Below are positions 26,204-42,561 of a stretch of DNA of 64,000 nucleotides, in pieces (within the stretch, counting starts at the first letter, position 1; each line of letters opens with the position of its first letter). The notes beneath the pieces are model-generated. The model was not told where the DNA came from and ran no database searches. It was given only the letters and a program-made list of their open reading frames with translations. Position numbers and translations under genes: made by a program. The stretch covers positions 8,246,001-8,310,000 of the forward strand of contig OX597816.1 of the NCBI GenBank assembly GCA_951406725.2, in the 5' to 3' direction. The stretch is from Octopus vulgaris. Its lineage: Eukaryota.

Positions 26204-26992
26204 GCAAAATTTCATTTTTTGTTGGAGATCTACGGAAAAGTTTTGAATTTTTTCTTACCTTATTTAAAACTTTGTTAAAGTCAGGTTTTAGCTGGGGAAA
26301 ACAAGCATTTTCGTGAGCCAAATCTATTTGACAAAGTATGTCTTGTTGGCTTATGTCAGCTTCATCATCACTATCGTCTGTTATGGCGATCACTATCGTC
26401 TGTTATAGCGATCACTATCGTCTGTTATGGCGCTTTTTTTATCAAAAAATTTAGTGTTACTTCCTTGAAATGAATCTGGAACTGGTCATTACATATGCTC
26501 AACGGGAAAGATCACCCGACTGAAGACTAACAGCATCCCCTTGACTTGCTATGAATAAACTCAGTTACCTGCAAATTCAAAGAGTCAGCCAGGGGTTAGC
26601 GAAGGAGATGACAAGGTGCTGATCTAAGGTTCAAGGGGAAAGAAGGTGAGAATTGATATGTTGCGATATGTTTCAATGAAACAGACAGCGCTCTCAACTA
26701 AAGGCGACCGACAACAGTTCAGTTAGTTCAGTTTCAACGATATTTCTTGAAAAGAAAAAATGGAGAAATGTTTTGCGAAAAAAAAAAAAAAAGAAACAGC
26801 AGATCTTTTCACTTTGACCGGCACATTTAAAAAATATTTATTTGTAACTAAACACTTTTAAACTTCGTATACTGGTAGAATGTGTTTATAAAACATCTTT
26901 TATTGAAAAGATCCGAAACAACAAGCCTTAAAATCGGTTTTGGCAAATCGGTTTCGGTTTTACTGATCATAATATAAAACCGGTTTCGAGGC

Positions 26993-26994
<2 letters not shown>
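26204..26994 (-). mobile_element. hAT transposon fragment (same family as 47957-49041)
   Basis: Highly similar to 48250-49041; NKVRKNSKLFRRSPTKNEIL motif; terminus GGTTTCGAGGCCTA. Confidence 0.8.
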
Positions 26995-27066
<72 letters not shown>

Positions 27067-27702
27067 TATATATTTACACATACACACACGCATAAACGCA
27101 TACGTACCTTCATATACACAGATATGTTAAACGCGCGCGCGCGCACACACACACACACAGAGACCTGTTCCAGTCATTTAACTGCGGTCATGATAGGGGT
27201 ACCACCTTGATCGGATTTTAAGCGAACAAATTGACCCCAAGGCCTATATTTTTACGCCTACTACTTATTCTATCGGTTTCTGTCGAACCGCTAAATTAAG
27301 GGGACATAAGCACACCAACACCGCTTGTCAAGCGGTGGTGTGGGTGGAGGACAAAAACAGACAGAAACACAAATACACACATACACACACAGAAGCACAC
27401 ACACACACACATATATACACGACGAGCTTTCAGTTTCCGTCTACCAAATCTAAATTTCAAGGCTTTGGTCGGGCTGAGGATATATTAGAAGACACTTGCC
27501 CAAGGTTCCGCACAGAGGGACTGAACCTAGAACCATGTGACTGAAAAGCAAACTTCTTACTACACATCCACAAAAATGAGTAACACTGCGATGGACTGGC
27601 GTCCCGTCCAACTGGGGAACACATACGCCATTGAAACCGGGAAACCGGGCCCATGAGCCTGGCTAGGCTTTAAAAAGGGCGCATTTATTTGTTTATTTTA
27701 TA

Positions 27703-28100
27703 CTAGCAGTATCGCCCGGCGTTGCTCGGGTTTGTAAGGGAAATAACTATATAAGCATTTTTAGAGATGTAAAGTATAATAGCTATCTCAATATGGCTAA
27801 CCACAAAGGGGGGGGGGGTTACTGTAGCTTTTTACGTTCTGAGATTTAATAATAAATTTTTATAGAGTTACTTCCCTTATATATGCCAAAAATGCATTAA
27901 AAATGGGAAAAATTGATGGTAATTTCTTTTTTTAATCGTAGACTCATCGTAGACGCGCGCTAATACCCAGAAGGGCTCGATATGAATCACGACTTTAAGA
28001 TACCCGGTTTTGGTTAAACTGCACCGCAAAATGTGGGAGTAGTTAGGAATCTAAATCGTAGGAGACAGACAGCACACAACCTCTCTTTTATATATAAAGA
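27703..28100 (-). mobile_element. Non-autonomous Helitron
   Basis: Minus: A|TCTTTATATATAAAA...CCCGAGCAACGCCGGG hairpin-CGATACTG-CTAG|T. Confidence 0.82.
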
Positions 28101-28643
28101 TATCTCTATATATGAATTTTATCTAAAAGGTTAGCAGTCAGCATATTTGGGTGAGTTACATGTATTTGATAAAATTCTGACTTGACTCCCAATTACTGAA
28201 AGTTTCATCTGCATGGGACACGTCCATCTCGTCAGATGTTCGGAGTTAGACTAGGAATCTAAGCACACTCCATTGCTTTTATACATTTTTTCACCGAAAT
28301 TTTCAGGCAATCGTGCTAACATAATTCGAGAGCATCCGAAGGAATCTGCTGTTTAGTGAAAGCATACTAATCACAAATGTCAAACTCGGAGAAAATACTG
28401 CTTATTATAATTTTTTTTTGTTCCTTATCAGATTTAAACAATGTTATTACAGTGTTGGTGCTGTATTACCGTGGACCTATCAATAATACTCTGGAGAAGG
28501 AAATCTGAAATCTTTTTCCTGGGCGTAACTGAATTAGATTTTGATGGACGGATCAGTCTCAGGCGTTAAAATTAAGTCACTTTTACGATCTTTTAAAGTA
28601 AAATAGGGTTCAGTAAGAGTAAAGAAATTTATTCACTCGCCTA

Positions 28644-29034
28644 CTTTTACTTGTTTCAGTCATTTGACTGCGGCCATGCTGGAGCACTGTCTTTAGTCGA
28701 CCACATCAACCCCAGGACTTATTCTTTGTAAGCCTAGTACTTATTCAATCGTACTCTTTTGCCGAACCGCTAAGTTACGGGGATGTAAACACACCACCAT
28801 CGGCGGTCAAGCGATGTTGGGAGGGGACAAACACAGACACAAACACACACACACTCACATATGCATATATACGACGGGCTTCTTTCAGTTTCCATCTACC
28901 AATCCACTCACAAGGCTTTGGTCGGCCCGAGACTATAGTAGAAGACACTTTGCCCAAGGTGCCACGCAGTGGGACTGAACCCTGAACTATGTGGTTGGTA
29001 AGCAAGTTACTTACCACACAGCCACTCCTGCGCC
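28644..29034 (-). mobile_element. SINE family A (full copy)
   Basis: Reverse complement of the 858-1313 family. Confidence 0.9.
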
Positions 29035-29459
29035 TACCTATGATCAAATCCTTGAAACAGATTCGTTGAGTTAATGAATCGGATATTCTTTATCATCTGA
29101 AATAGTTTGTTCGGAGTTGGGACATTTTGAAAATTTTAGGCCGAATATATTTCGTACAAATATGTTTTCTGTCTGAGGCAAAGCTTTTCGTCTTCTGGAG
29201 TAGAATTTTAAGGTTAGTTTTCTCGCTGAAGATAGGATTGTTTCTCGAAGAAAACATGACTGGTTCTGAACCCCAGTTCAAAATGCTAACCTCAATTTGT
29301 GGGGTTTAAATAATTGCTTGAGTACACTAAACATTTACCAGATAAAGAACATGATACTGATCGTTGAGCCAAACTAATGCTTATTATCAATGGGAATTGT
29401 TCGAAATTTAGCCGATAGTGTCTTTTCAAAAAGTATTTCGCGAGGCGAAGTTTTCCTTA

Positions 29460-29850
29460 TCTCTCTATATATAAAGCTGAAGTTGTCTGTGTATGGCAGG
29501 TTTGGTAACCTTCAACTAACACTATCTCCTCCGAGACCCTGCGGCACAAGTTGACCAAAATTGAGAGTATGATAGAAGAAAGCTTGCTCTTCCTTCCGTA
29601 GAAGATAAAATTCAAATCGGACCATGTTAACACCAAAAATTATTTACATCAAAAAGGTGCTTTTTTCTATGAAAATCCCTATTTTTTACGATTTTTTGAC
29701 TGCTGTGTCGCCATTTTTCGGTGTATTTCAACCAGAAAAATGTTCACTTAAAGAGAATAACAAGCTACATAATGCAAAATTTTTACTTTTCATAAATTCC
29801 AATTCTAAAGGGTCGAAACAAACCCGAGCAACGCCGGGCGATACTGCCAG
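29460..29850 (+). mobile_element. Non-autonomous Helitron
   Basis: A|TCTCTCTATATATAAAG...CCCGAGCAACGCCGGGCGATACTG-CCAG|T (CTAG variant). Confidence 0.78.
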
Positions 29851-31296
29851 TTATATAGTAACAATTAGATACAGAATTGATTTTGTGGGTTAAGAGAGTA
29901 AGTATAAACGAGTTGGTGGGGTGCGAAAAATGGAGATAGGTTTGGTATTGAATTGAATTAGTGAGCATAAGAGGAAGTGGGAGGAGAAGGAAAGATATGT
30001 CGTGTGATTGTTCAGTTTAGTTGTAAATGTTAAGTTGTAGACGAGTAATAAACTCTTATTTATACGCTTCGAATTTGATCTTCTCTTTAAAAATCTCACG
30101 GTCGAGCAGTAAGTATTTACACACGAAACACGCGCACACACACATACACATATTAATGTTCGTTTTTATGTTCAGTTATAATAAAATAATTTTACATTAA
30201 TCTGGTAGGTAACTCTATACTAATGTAGAGTACAAATTTAGTACACACACACAAATATGTATATATTGTTCGTTTTTATATTCAGTTATAATACAATTTT
30301 AGATTACGTTACGTTCTGAGTTCAAATTCCGCCAAGGTTGACTTTGCCTTTCATCCTTTCGGGGTCGATAAATTAAGTACCAGTTACGCACTGGGGTCGA
30401 TGTAACCGACTTAATCCCTTTCTTTGTCCTTGTTTGTCCCCTCTGTGTTTAGCCCCTTGTAGGTAGTAAAGAAATAAGATTAATCTGATGGATAACTCTA
30501 TACTTTAGTAGAGTACAAATTCATTATTCTTATCAGTGGCGGTACCCCCTATTTCCACTCGATATTATCGATAACATTCAATATAATGAGTCCTTTTTTC
30601 TTTAATTCTTTCTTTATGCTTGTACATTATATAATCCTTATGCTTAATGTCAGTAGCCATCCCCTAGTTTATGAAAAAAATACAAAAATCCTTGTATAGA
30701 ACTGTGCACTTCACAGTTCCTGTAACACGGTGTTTAGCTATTGTGCGCATGCTCACATGTTCAAGATATGAAGCTTCACGCTAGGGAGAGGGAGCACTGT
30801 CGTTCACGCAGTGCCAGTGAAAGATAGTGTTTCTTTTTTACTCCGCGTGTGTTGTGCTTAAAATCATGTTTATATTCTTGAATGTGATAAAGTGTAGAAT
30901 TAGATTATTATCCTGCTTCCAGCTTCAGTGTTACTGCCAAGATTTGAAAAATAGAGCAGATTTCCATCCCCTTATTTTGTGATTTAGGGGTGATTTTTGA
31001 AAAACAAGGGGGAATTCGTGATGGTGTTCAGTGAACAAATTAAACACACAACCCGACAGTGGCTAAAACGCAAACCAATCAAGTTTATGTATAAATATTC
31101 TTTTTATATGTTTATTTCCTTTGACACAATATTAAAGCAAAGGCTAAAAATTTTCTGAAGCAACACGGTCACTAATTCTATCTACGAGCCGTCACTGATT
31201 CTTATACAAGAATGTTGTTGACAGTGACTGCGAAGTTTCAGTCAGCTAAACCATCGTCGGACTACGATGCATGAAAGTTAGTCTTACCTTTATTAA

Positions 31297-32201
31297 CTCT
31301 ATTGAGTTAAAATCATCTTTGGGTGTGTGGGGATTTTGGTGCGTGGGTTTGAGTGGGGATTTGGGGGTGTGGGTTTGAGTGGGGATTTGGGTTGTGGGTT
31401 TGAGTGGGGATTTGGGGTGTGGGTTTGAGTGCGGATTTGGGTGCGTGGGTTTGAGTGGGGATTTGGGGGTGTGGGTTGGAGTGGATTTGGGTGTGTGGGG
31501 ATTTGGGTGCGTGGGTTTGAGTGGGGATTTGGGGGTGTAGGTTTGAGTGGGGATTTGGGTGAGTGGGTTTGAGTGGGGATTTGGGGGTGTGGGGATTTGG
31601 GTGCGTGGGTTTGAGTGGGGATTTGGGTGCGTGGGTTTGAGTGGGGATTTGGGTGAGTGGGTTTGAGTGGGGATTTGGGGGTGTGGGTTTACTCAAATAC
31701 GTTCGTGACCATCAAAACACAAGAGAAGCAACTTTCTATTCTAACATAGCCGTGATATGACTGATTAATAACCCTAGCCTTATAAATGAAGACAAGAAAT
31801 ACCCCCAAATAACAACAACGTATAAAGAAATGACCAGCCTTAACTGACCACCTACCTACATTCTTTAGTGAAAAAAAGTTGGCAGACCCAATTACTAAGG
31901 GCTTAAATACCGGACTTTGTACCTTTCACCTTTTCGTTGTCGAAGTAAAAGGTTTAAATTTAATAATACCAAAAGCAACAAAAATACTGTCACACCTTGC
32001 GTCTACCTGACAAAATAGAAACACGTGTAGGCTTGTTTACAAAGTTCTTCATGCATGAATAAATTCTGAGCAATAACATAAACCCCGAATTTAATAAATT
32101 TAAATTTTTCCAAATCACCTTTCTATAACAAACAACCATAAAAACCTAATTACCATCCCACTCAAACCCGCACAGCCAAAGATGAGTTTAACTCAACAGA
32201 G
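31297..32201. mobile_element. TIR element containing a G-rich minisatellite (31320-31690)
   Basis: Left CTCTATTGAGTTAAAATCATCTTTGGGTGTG matches the reverse complement of the right end, CTCTGTTGAGTTAAACTCATCTTTGGCTGTG. ~26-bp unit GTGGGTTTGAGTGGGGATTTGGG. Confidence 0.75.
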
Positions 32202-32359
32202 ACCATAGAAAGCAAAACTAACCATAATGCATTGCAGTCCGACGAGGACTTAACTGGCTGAAACTTCGAAGTCGCTGCCAACAACATTCTTGCATCAAAA
32301 AATATATACGTGTATGTATGTATGTATGTCTGTCTGTCTGTCTGTATGCATGCGTGTGT

Positions 32360-32421
<62 letters not shown>

Positions 32422-32601
32422 ATTCAGTTTTATTTCAAGATTTCTTGCCAATAAAGAAAGAGCCGGTTTCTAACCTAAATTCAAGGCTCCTTCATTGGAA
32501 TTTCAAGAGGGTATTTTTGTTTATATGTATGCATATGTGCAGATTTGTATGTTTTGCTTTATGTATGTATTTTCATGCATGTAATTGCATAGCTAGACAT
32601 G

Positions 32602-32662
<61 letters not shown>

Positions 32663-32809
32663 GATAAACTTTTGGAAAGTTTTACAGATTTTTTACATTT
32701 CCAGTGATGGATTGTATGTATTATGTATGTGTGTGTGTATGTGTGTGTGTGAGTGTGAGAGAGAGAGGGAGAGAAAGAAAGAGAACATGAGCACTGATTT
32801 GGTACTCAC

Positions 32810-33034
32810 TTATTTCATGTTACATATGTTTCAATACTCAGTTACATATGACGTTACACTGTAAATGAAGCTAGTAGATACAGCCTTAGAGAGCCAGCAC
32901 AGTGAACAAACACAACACCAGACAATGTGTTTGCTCACTGAGACCTGGCTCTCCAAGGCTGTATCCTCTGGCTGTATTTACAGTGTAACGTCATATGTGA
33001 CTGAGTACTGAAACATATGTAACACACGAAATAA
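32810..33034. repeat. ~225-bp imperfect foldback (MITE-like); duplicate at 37824-38048
   Basis: Arms TTATTTC..TGTTACATATGTTTCA..ACTCAGT..CATATGACGTTACACTGTAAAT..GATACAGCCTT..GAGAGCCAG..CAGTGA..AAACACA pair with the reverse complement across an ~11-nt loop. Confidence 0.85.
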
Positions 33035-33284
33035 AGGATGTTGAGTCGGTCCAGTGTGCCTCCATCTTGACATCCGCATTTTATCCATGCACCCGAAGGA
33101 CCCATTACTCAGTCAGATACAGGAGTACGTCCTCATAAATGGAACGTTCCCTGTACTAAATAGGAAATACACGTACAAGGTAGAGATACCGCAATGCCTT
33201 CAGAATATTCATATATAGGTACATTTGCTGATAGGAAGTTAAGTAGGTAAATAGCTGGGTAGGTAAATAAATATGCAGGTAAAC

Positions 33285-33353
<69 letters not shown>

Positions 33354-33724
33354 TGGATGGATATGGATGGATGGATAGATAGATAGATAGCTGGGTAGGT
33401 AGGTAGGTAGGTAATACAAACAAACAAGCACTCAAATACATAAACACACAAAGAGACGAAACACATGACCATGGTAACACACATACTCTACACACGCGCA
33501 TATTCACAAAGCCACATATGGAGACACACATCCATATACATATAACAAGCGCAAGTACATAATCACACAAACTCATATACATAGACACACTCAAACACGC
33601 ACACGCAAGGAAGCAGAGGTACACACGCGAATACACACGCTCACACATACATACACAATCTTTTTGCACGTTTAATGTCCCTTTCTTCCAACTATTTCCT
33701 CAATCTTGATATTTACTCTTTTAC

Positions 33725-33939
33725 TCTTTCTCTTTACTCTTTTACTTGTTTCAGTCATTTGACTGCGGCCATGCTGGAGCACCGCCTTTAGTTGAGCAAA
33801 TCGACCCCGGAACTTATTCTTTTGTAAGCCCAGTACTTATTCTATCGGTCTCTTTTTGCCGAACCGCTAAGTGACGGGGACGTAAACACACCAGCATCGG
33901 TTGTCAAGCAATGCTAGGGGGACAAACACAGACACACAA

Positions 33940-33970
<31 letters not shown>

Positions 33971-34141
33971 CATATATACGACAGGCTTCTTTCAGTTTCC
34001 GTCTACCAAATCCACTCACAAGGCATTGGTCAGCCCGAGGCTATAGTAGAAGACACTTGCCCAAGATGCCACGCCGTGAGACTGAACCCAGAACCATGTG
34101 GTTGGTTAGCAAGCTACTTACCACACAGCCACTCCTGCGCC
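33725..34141 (-). mobile_element. SINE family A (duplicate 38741-39157); another at 35446-36232 (duplicate 40462-41184)
   Basis: Family A sequence. Confidence 0.9.
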
Positions 34142-36465
<2,324 letters not shown>

Positions 36466-36788
36466 AGATCTCTTCAATTATGAATTGATCATAAGAAACT
36501 AAAATGCAAGAGCTCTCAGAGAGCGCAAACCGCCGCCAACGCAACACCAATGTCCTCTCAACGATTAACCGGAGATGATTTTTAAAATGAGAATATCTGA
36601 AAAAAGGATCCTTCAATGAATATCCTGAGACCTTTTGATTTTTCTCTTCTCTTAAATTCCGGTCTTCCTTTAGCAATATTGTTGTTTTAGATTGATGTAT
36701 AGAACTATGTATATATGTAAGTATACTGTAAAGTGTTAAAATGTATGTATAATCTCCTGATATTATAATGAGCATTGCCTTTTTATAT

Positions 36789-36869
<81 letters not shown>

Positions 36870-38298
36870 CAAGTCAAGATAGAAAAATGCTAAAGTAATT
36901 TTATAAAAAAACATTTCAGTACCGGTTTCAATCATTGAGACTTTATGGAAGACAATTAAATTTTGGGAAAATTAAAAGAAAGTTGTTTTTTAAAGAATAT
37001 TTGTATAGTGTTCAAATACAAGCGGCATTTTCCTTGTTTCTGCCTGTCTCTGTCTCTCTTGTTTATTCTTGTATACATACATATATAGAATAGAGCCAGA
37101 GTGAGAGGTGAAGGCAGAGGCGATAAATAGCAAAGAGAGCATTGTATGAATGAGAAAGGAAGGGGTGATGAATGAATGGCGAAGGAAGGAGTGAAAAGGG
37201 CGATAAACGGCGTTTGAACTGTGAGTATATGTGTTTGTAAAAAGGCGGCGAGCTGGCAGAAACGTTAGCGCGCCGGGCGAAATTCCGCCTAGGTCGACTT
37301 TGCCTTTCATCCTTTCGGGGTCGATAAATAAAGTACCAGTTACACACTGGGGTCGATGTAATCGACTTAATCCCTTTGTCAGTCCTTGTTTGTCCCCTCT
37401 ATGTTTAGCCCCTTGTGGGCAATAAAGAAATAAACATATATATGTGTTTGTAAAAGAGAGGTAGGTTTGCGCGCGCGCGTGTTTGTGTGTGTACAGTGGA
37501 AATGGGGTGGTAATGTTCAACGCTGAAAATGTGTGGGTATATGTGTGTATGTGTGTGCGTGTATAAGAGCACTATGTGAAACTTTACATATACATATACA
37601 GCGTTGAACATTACCACCCCATTTCCACTGTACACACACAAACACGCGCGCGCGCAAACCTACCTCTCTTTTACAAACACATATATATGTTTATTTCTTT
37701 ATTGCCCACAAGGGGCTAAACATAGAGGGGACAAACAAGGACTGACATATATATGTGAGTGTGTGAGTGTGAGAGAGAGAGGGAGAGAAAGAAAGAGAAC
37801 ATGAGCACTGATTTGGTACTCACTTATTTCATGTTACATATGTTTCAATACTCAGTTACATATGACGTTACACTGTAAATGAAGCTAGTAGATACAGCCT
37901 TAGAGAGCCAGCACAGTGAACAAACACAACACCAGACAATGTGTTTGCTCACTGAGACCTGGCTCTCCAAGGCTGTATCCTCTGGCTGTATTTACAGTGT
38001 AACGTCATATGTGACTGAGTACTGAAACATATGTAACACACGAAATAAAGGATGTTGAGTCGGTCCAGTGTGCCTCCATCTTGACATCCGCATTTTATCC
38101 ATGCACCCGAAGGACCCATTACTCAGTCAGATACAGGAGTACGTCCTCATAAATGGAACGTTCCCTGTACTAAATAGGAAATACACGTACAAGGTAGAGA
38201 TACCGCAATGCCTTCAGAATATTCATATATAGGTACATTTGCTGATAGGAAGTTAAGTAGGTAAATAGCTGGGTAGGTAAATAAATATGCAGGTAAAC

Positions 38299-38367
<69 letters not shown>

Positions 38368-38955
38368 TGGATGGATATGGATGGATGGATAGATAGATAG
38401 ATAGCTGGGTAGGTAGGTAGGTAGGTAATACAAACAAACAAGCACTCAAATACATAAACACACAAAGAGACGAAACACATGACCATGGTAACACACATAC
38501 TCTACACACACGCATACACACAAAACCACATATGGAGACACACATCCATATATATATATAACAAGTGCAAGTATATAATCACACAAACTCATATACATAG
38601 ACACACTCAAACACGCACGCGCAAGGAAGCAGAGGTACACACGCGAATACACACGCTCACACATACATACACAATCTTTTTGCACGTTTAATGTCCCTTT
38701 CTTCCAACTATTTCCTCAATCTTGATATTTACTCTTTTACTCTTTCTCTTTACTCTTTTACTTGTTTCAGTCATTTGACTGCGGCCATGCTGGAGCACCG
38801 CCTTTAGTTGAGCAAATCGACCCCGGAACTTATTCTTTTGTAAGCCCAGTACTTATTCTATCGGTCTCTTTTTGCCGAACCGCTAAGTGACGGGGACGTA
38901 AACACACCAGCATCGGTTGTCAAGCAATGCTAGGGGGACAAACACAGACACACAA

Positions 38956-38986
<31 letters not shown>

Positions 38987-40700
38987 CATATATACGACAG
39001 GCTTCTTTCAGTTTCCGTCTACCAAATCCACTCACAAGGCATTGGTCAGCCCGAGGCTATAGTAGAAGACACTTGCCCAAGATGCCACGCCGTGAGACTG
39101 AACCCAGAACCATGTGGTTGGTTAGCAAGCTACTTACCACACAGCCACTCCTGCGCCTATATCCCTGTCATCCTTTTCCTTTCTCTGCTTCTTTTCCCTT
39201 CAAACTTTCCGATCATCGCTAAATTCTCCAGGACCTCTTTCTTCGTTAAATGACCTAGAAATCTCAGTTAATTGGCCCTTATCTCACGAAGCAGTTTCCT
39301 ATTTACCACAGTTCCGGGTATTCAATCCTTCCTTAGACACTTTGTCCGTGCTATACTCAATATCCTCCTTAAAACCCACACTTCACAGCTCTCCAAGCAT
39401 CTTCTCATTCCTGGTCTTATAGACCATGCCTCACTTCCATACACTAACACAGGCTTAATATACGAATCCTGATCTTGATACTCAGAATACCGTTTCTCAA
39501 GATGTGATACACTTTAGAGAATGCAGATTTTGCCAGCACTATTCATCTTTTAATCTCCTTCACACATCTTGTATATTCTGTGTTCAAAGTTCCAAGGCGA
39601 GCTGGCAGAAACGTTAGCACGCCGGGCGAAATGCTTAGCGGTATTTCGTCTGCGTTACGTTGTGAGTTCAAATTCCGCCAAGGTTGACTTTGCCTTTCAT
39701 CCTTTCGGGGTCGATAAATTAAGTACCAGTTACGCACTGGGGTCGATGTAATCGACTTAATACCTATGTCTGTCCTTGTTTGTCCCCTCTGTGTTTAGCC
39801 CCTTGTGGGTAATAAAGAAATAGGTATTTCGTCTGCTGCTACGTTCTGAGTTCAAATTCCGCCGAGGTCGACTTTGCCTTTTATCCTTTCGGGGTCGATT
39901 AAATAAGTAGCAGTTATGCACTGGGGTCGATGTAATCGATTTAATCCGTTTGTCTGTCCTTGTTTGTCCCTTCTGTGTTTAGACCCTTGTGGGTAGTAAA
40001 GAAATAGGTAGTTGAAGGATTATAGCTGTTTAATGATTTGATTGTTCACTTCCAGCAAACACTTTGGGCTTCCCTTTTTTGTCACCATCATACACTTGCA
40101 ATTTATGAACAGACCCTTCCTCTCACTTTCTCTGACCACTACATCCAGAAGTCTTTGAAGTTCTCTTTCCGATTCTGCAAATAAGATTGTCATCTTGTGT
40201 TTGCGATGTTTCTGAGGTGATAAAAGCGTTAGAAGAATATGAAATTAGAATAAGATCTATGATGATGGGAAATTTCCAAAAGATCTGGGTAGATCCATCT
40301 TTATTGCACTCCCGAAGAATTCAGGATCAGTGAACCGTGGACAACATCGCACGATTAGCATCAAGGGTCACGCTTCAAAGATCATTCTGAAAGAGCAAGG
40401 AGCAGAATAACATTTGAGATTGGAATTGGGACAGTTTGGATTTGAAAAGGGTTCCGGTGCCCTTTTACTTGTTTCAGTCATTTGACTGCGGTCATGCTAG
40501 AGCACCACTTTTAGTCGAGCAAATCGACCCCGGGACTTATTCTTTTTGTAAGCCCAGTACTTATTCTATCGGTCTCTTTTTGTCGAACCGCTAAGTTACA
40601 GGGGCGTAAACACACCAGCATCGGTTGTCAAGCGATGTTGGGGGGACAAACACAGACACACAAACATATACACACACGTATATACATACATATATATGTG

Positions 40701-40763
<63 letters not shown>

Positions 40764-40787
40764 TATATATATATATATGTATGTATA

Positions 40788-41009
<222 letters not shown>

Positions 41010-41741
41010 TATACATATATACAACGGGCTTCTTTTAGTTTCCGCCTACCAAATCCACTCACAAGGCTTTGGTCGGCCAGAGGCTGTAGTAGAAGACACT
41101 TGCCCAAGGTGCCACGCAGTGGGAATGAACCTAGAACTATGTGGTTCGTAAGCAAGCTACTCACCACAAAACCTCTCCTACGCCTACGGTACTGGGAATA
41201 TTATTTTTGTATTGAGAATGATAATAGAGAGGGCAGTGGAGATACAAAAAGATGTCTTCGTATGTTTCATAGATTACACAAAAGCCTTCGACAAAGTAAG
41301 ACATGACGTGTTATTTGAAGAACTCCGTTACATTGATCTGCATGGGAAAGACCTCCGAGTCTTGCAGAGCCTGTACTGGAACCAATCGGCGTGCATAAAG
41401 ATGGAGGGAGAGTACATAGATCTCTTCAATTATGAATTGATCATAAGAAACTAAAATGCAAGAGCTCTCAGAGAGCGCAAACCGCCGCCAACGCAACACC
41501 AATGTCCTCTCAACGATTAACCGGAGATGATTTTTAAAATGAGAATATCTGAAAAAAGGATCCTTCAATGAATATCCTGAGACCTTTTGATTTTTCTCTT
41601 CTCTTAAATTCCGGTCTTCCTTTAGCAATATTGTTGTTTTAGATTGATGTATAGAACTATGTATATATGTAAGTATACTGTAAAGTGTTAAAATGTATGT
41701 ATAATCTCCTGATATTATAATGAGCATTGCCTTTTTATATA

Positions 41742-41834
<93 letters not shown>

Positions 41835-42561
41835 CAAGTCAAGATAGAAAAATGCTAAAGTAATTTTATAAAAAAACATTTCAGTACCGGTTTCAATCAT
41901 TGAGACTTTATGGAAGACAATTAAATTTTGGGAAAATTAAAAGAAAGTTGTTTTTTAAAGAATATTTGTATAGTGTTCAAATACAAGCGGCATTTTCCTT
42001 GTTTCTGCCTGTCTCTGTCTCTCTTGTTTATTCTTGTATACATACATATATAGAATAGAGCCAGAGTGAGAGGTGAAGGCAGAGGCGATAAATAGCAAAG
42101 AGAGCATTGTATGAATGAGAAAGGAAGGGGTGATGAATGAATGGCGAAGGAAGGAGTGAAAAGGGCGATAAACGGCGTTTGAACTGTGAGTATATGTGTT
42201 TGTAAAAAGGCGGCGAGCTGGCAGAAACGTTAGCGCGCCGGGCGAAATTCCGCCTAGGTCGACTTTGCCTTTCATCCTTTCGGGGTCGATAAATAAAGTA
42301 CCAGTTACACACTGGGGTCGATGTAATCGACTTAATCCCTTTGTCAGTCCTTGTTTGTCCCCTCTATGTTTAGCCCCTTGTGGGCAATAAAGAAATAAAC
42401 ATATATATGTGTTTGTAAAAGAGAGGTAGGTTTGCGCGCGCGCGTGTTTGTGTGTGTACAGTGGAAATGGGGTGGTAATGTTCAACGCTGAAAATGTGTG
42501 GGTATATGTGTGTATGTGTGTGCGTGTATAAGAGCACTATGTGAAACTTTACATATACATG

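Noticed and set aside
26375-26432. 23-bp direct repeats (also 48415-48478) resembling a CRISPR array
   Set aside because: They are contiguous tandem repeats without spacers, inside a hAT element in eukaryotic DNA.
28195-28240. CUGACGA...GAAAC on the minus strand
   Set aside because: It folds better as a simple CATCTG/CAGATG hairpin, with no stem I or cleavage-site geometry.
31313-31696. Pro/His/Thr-rich repeat protein or telomeric array
   Set aside because: It is the translation of a minisatellite inside a TIR element, and the unit is not TTAGGG.
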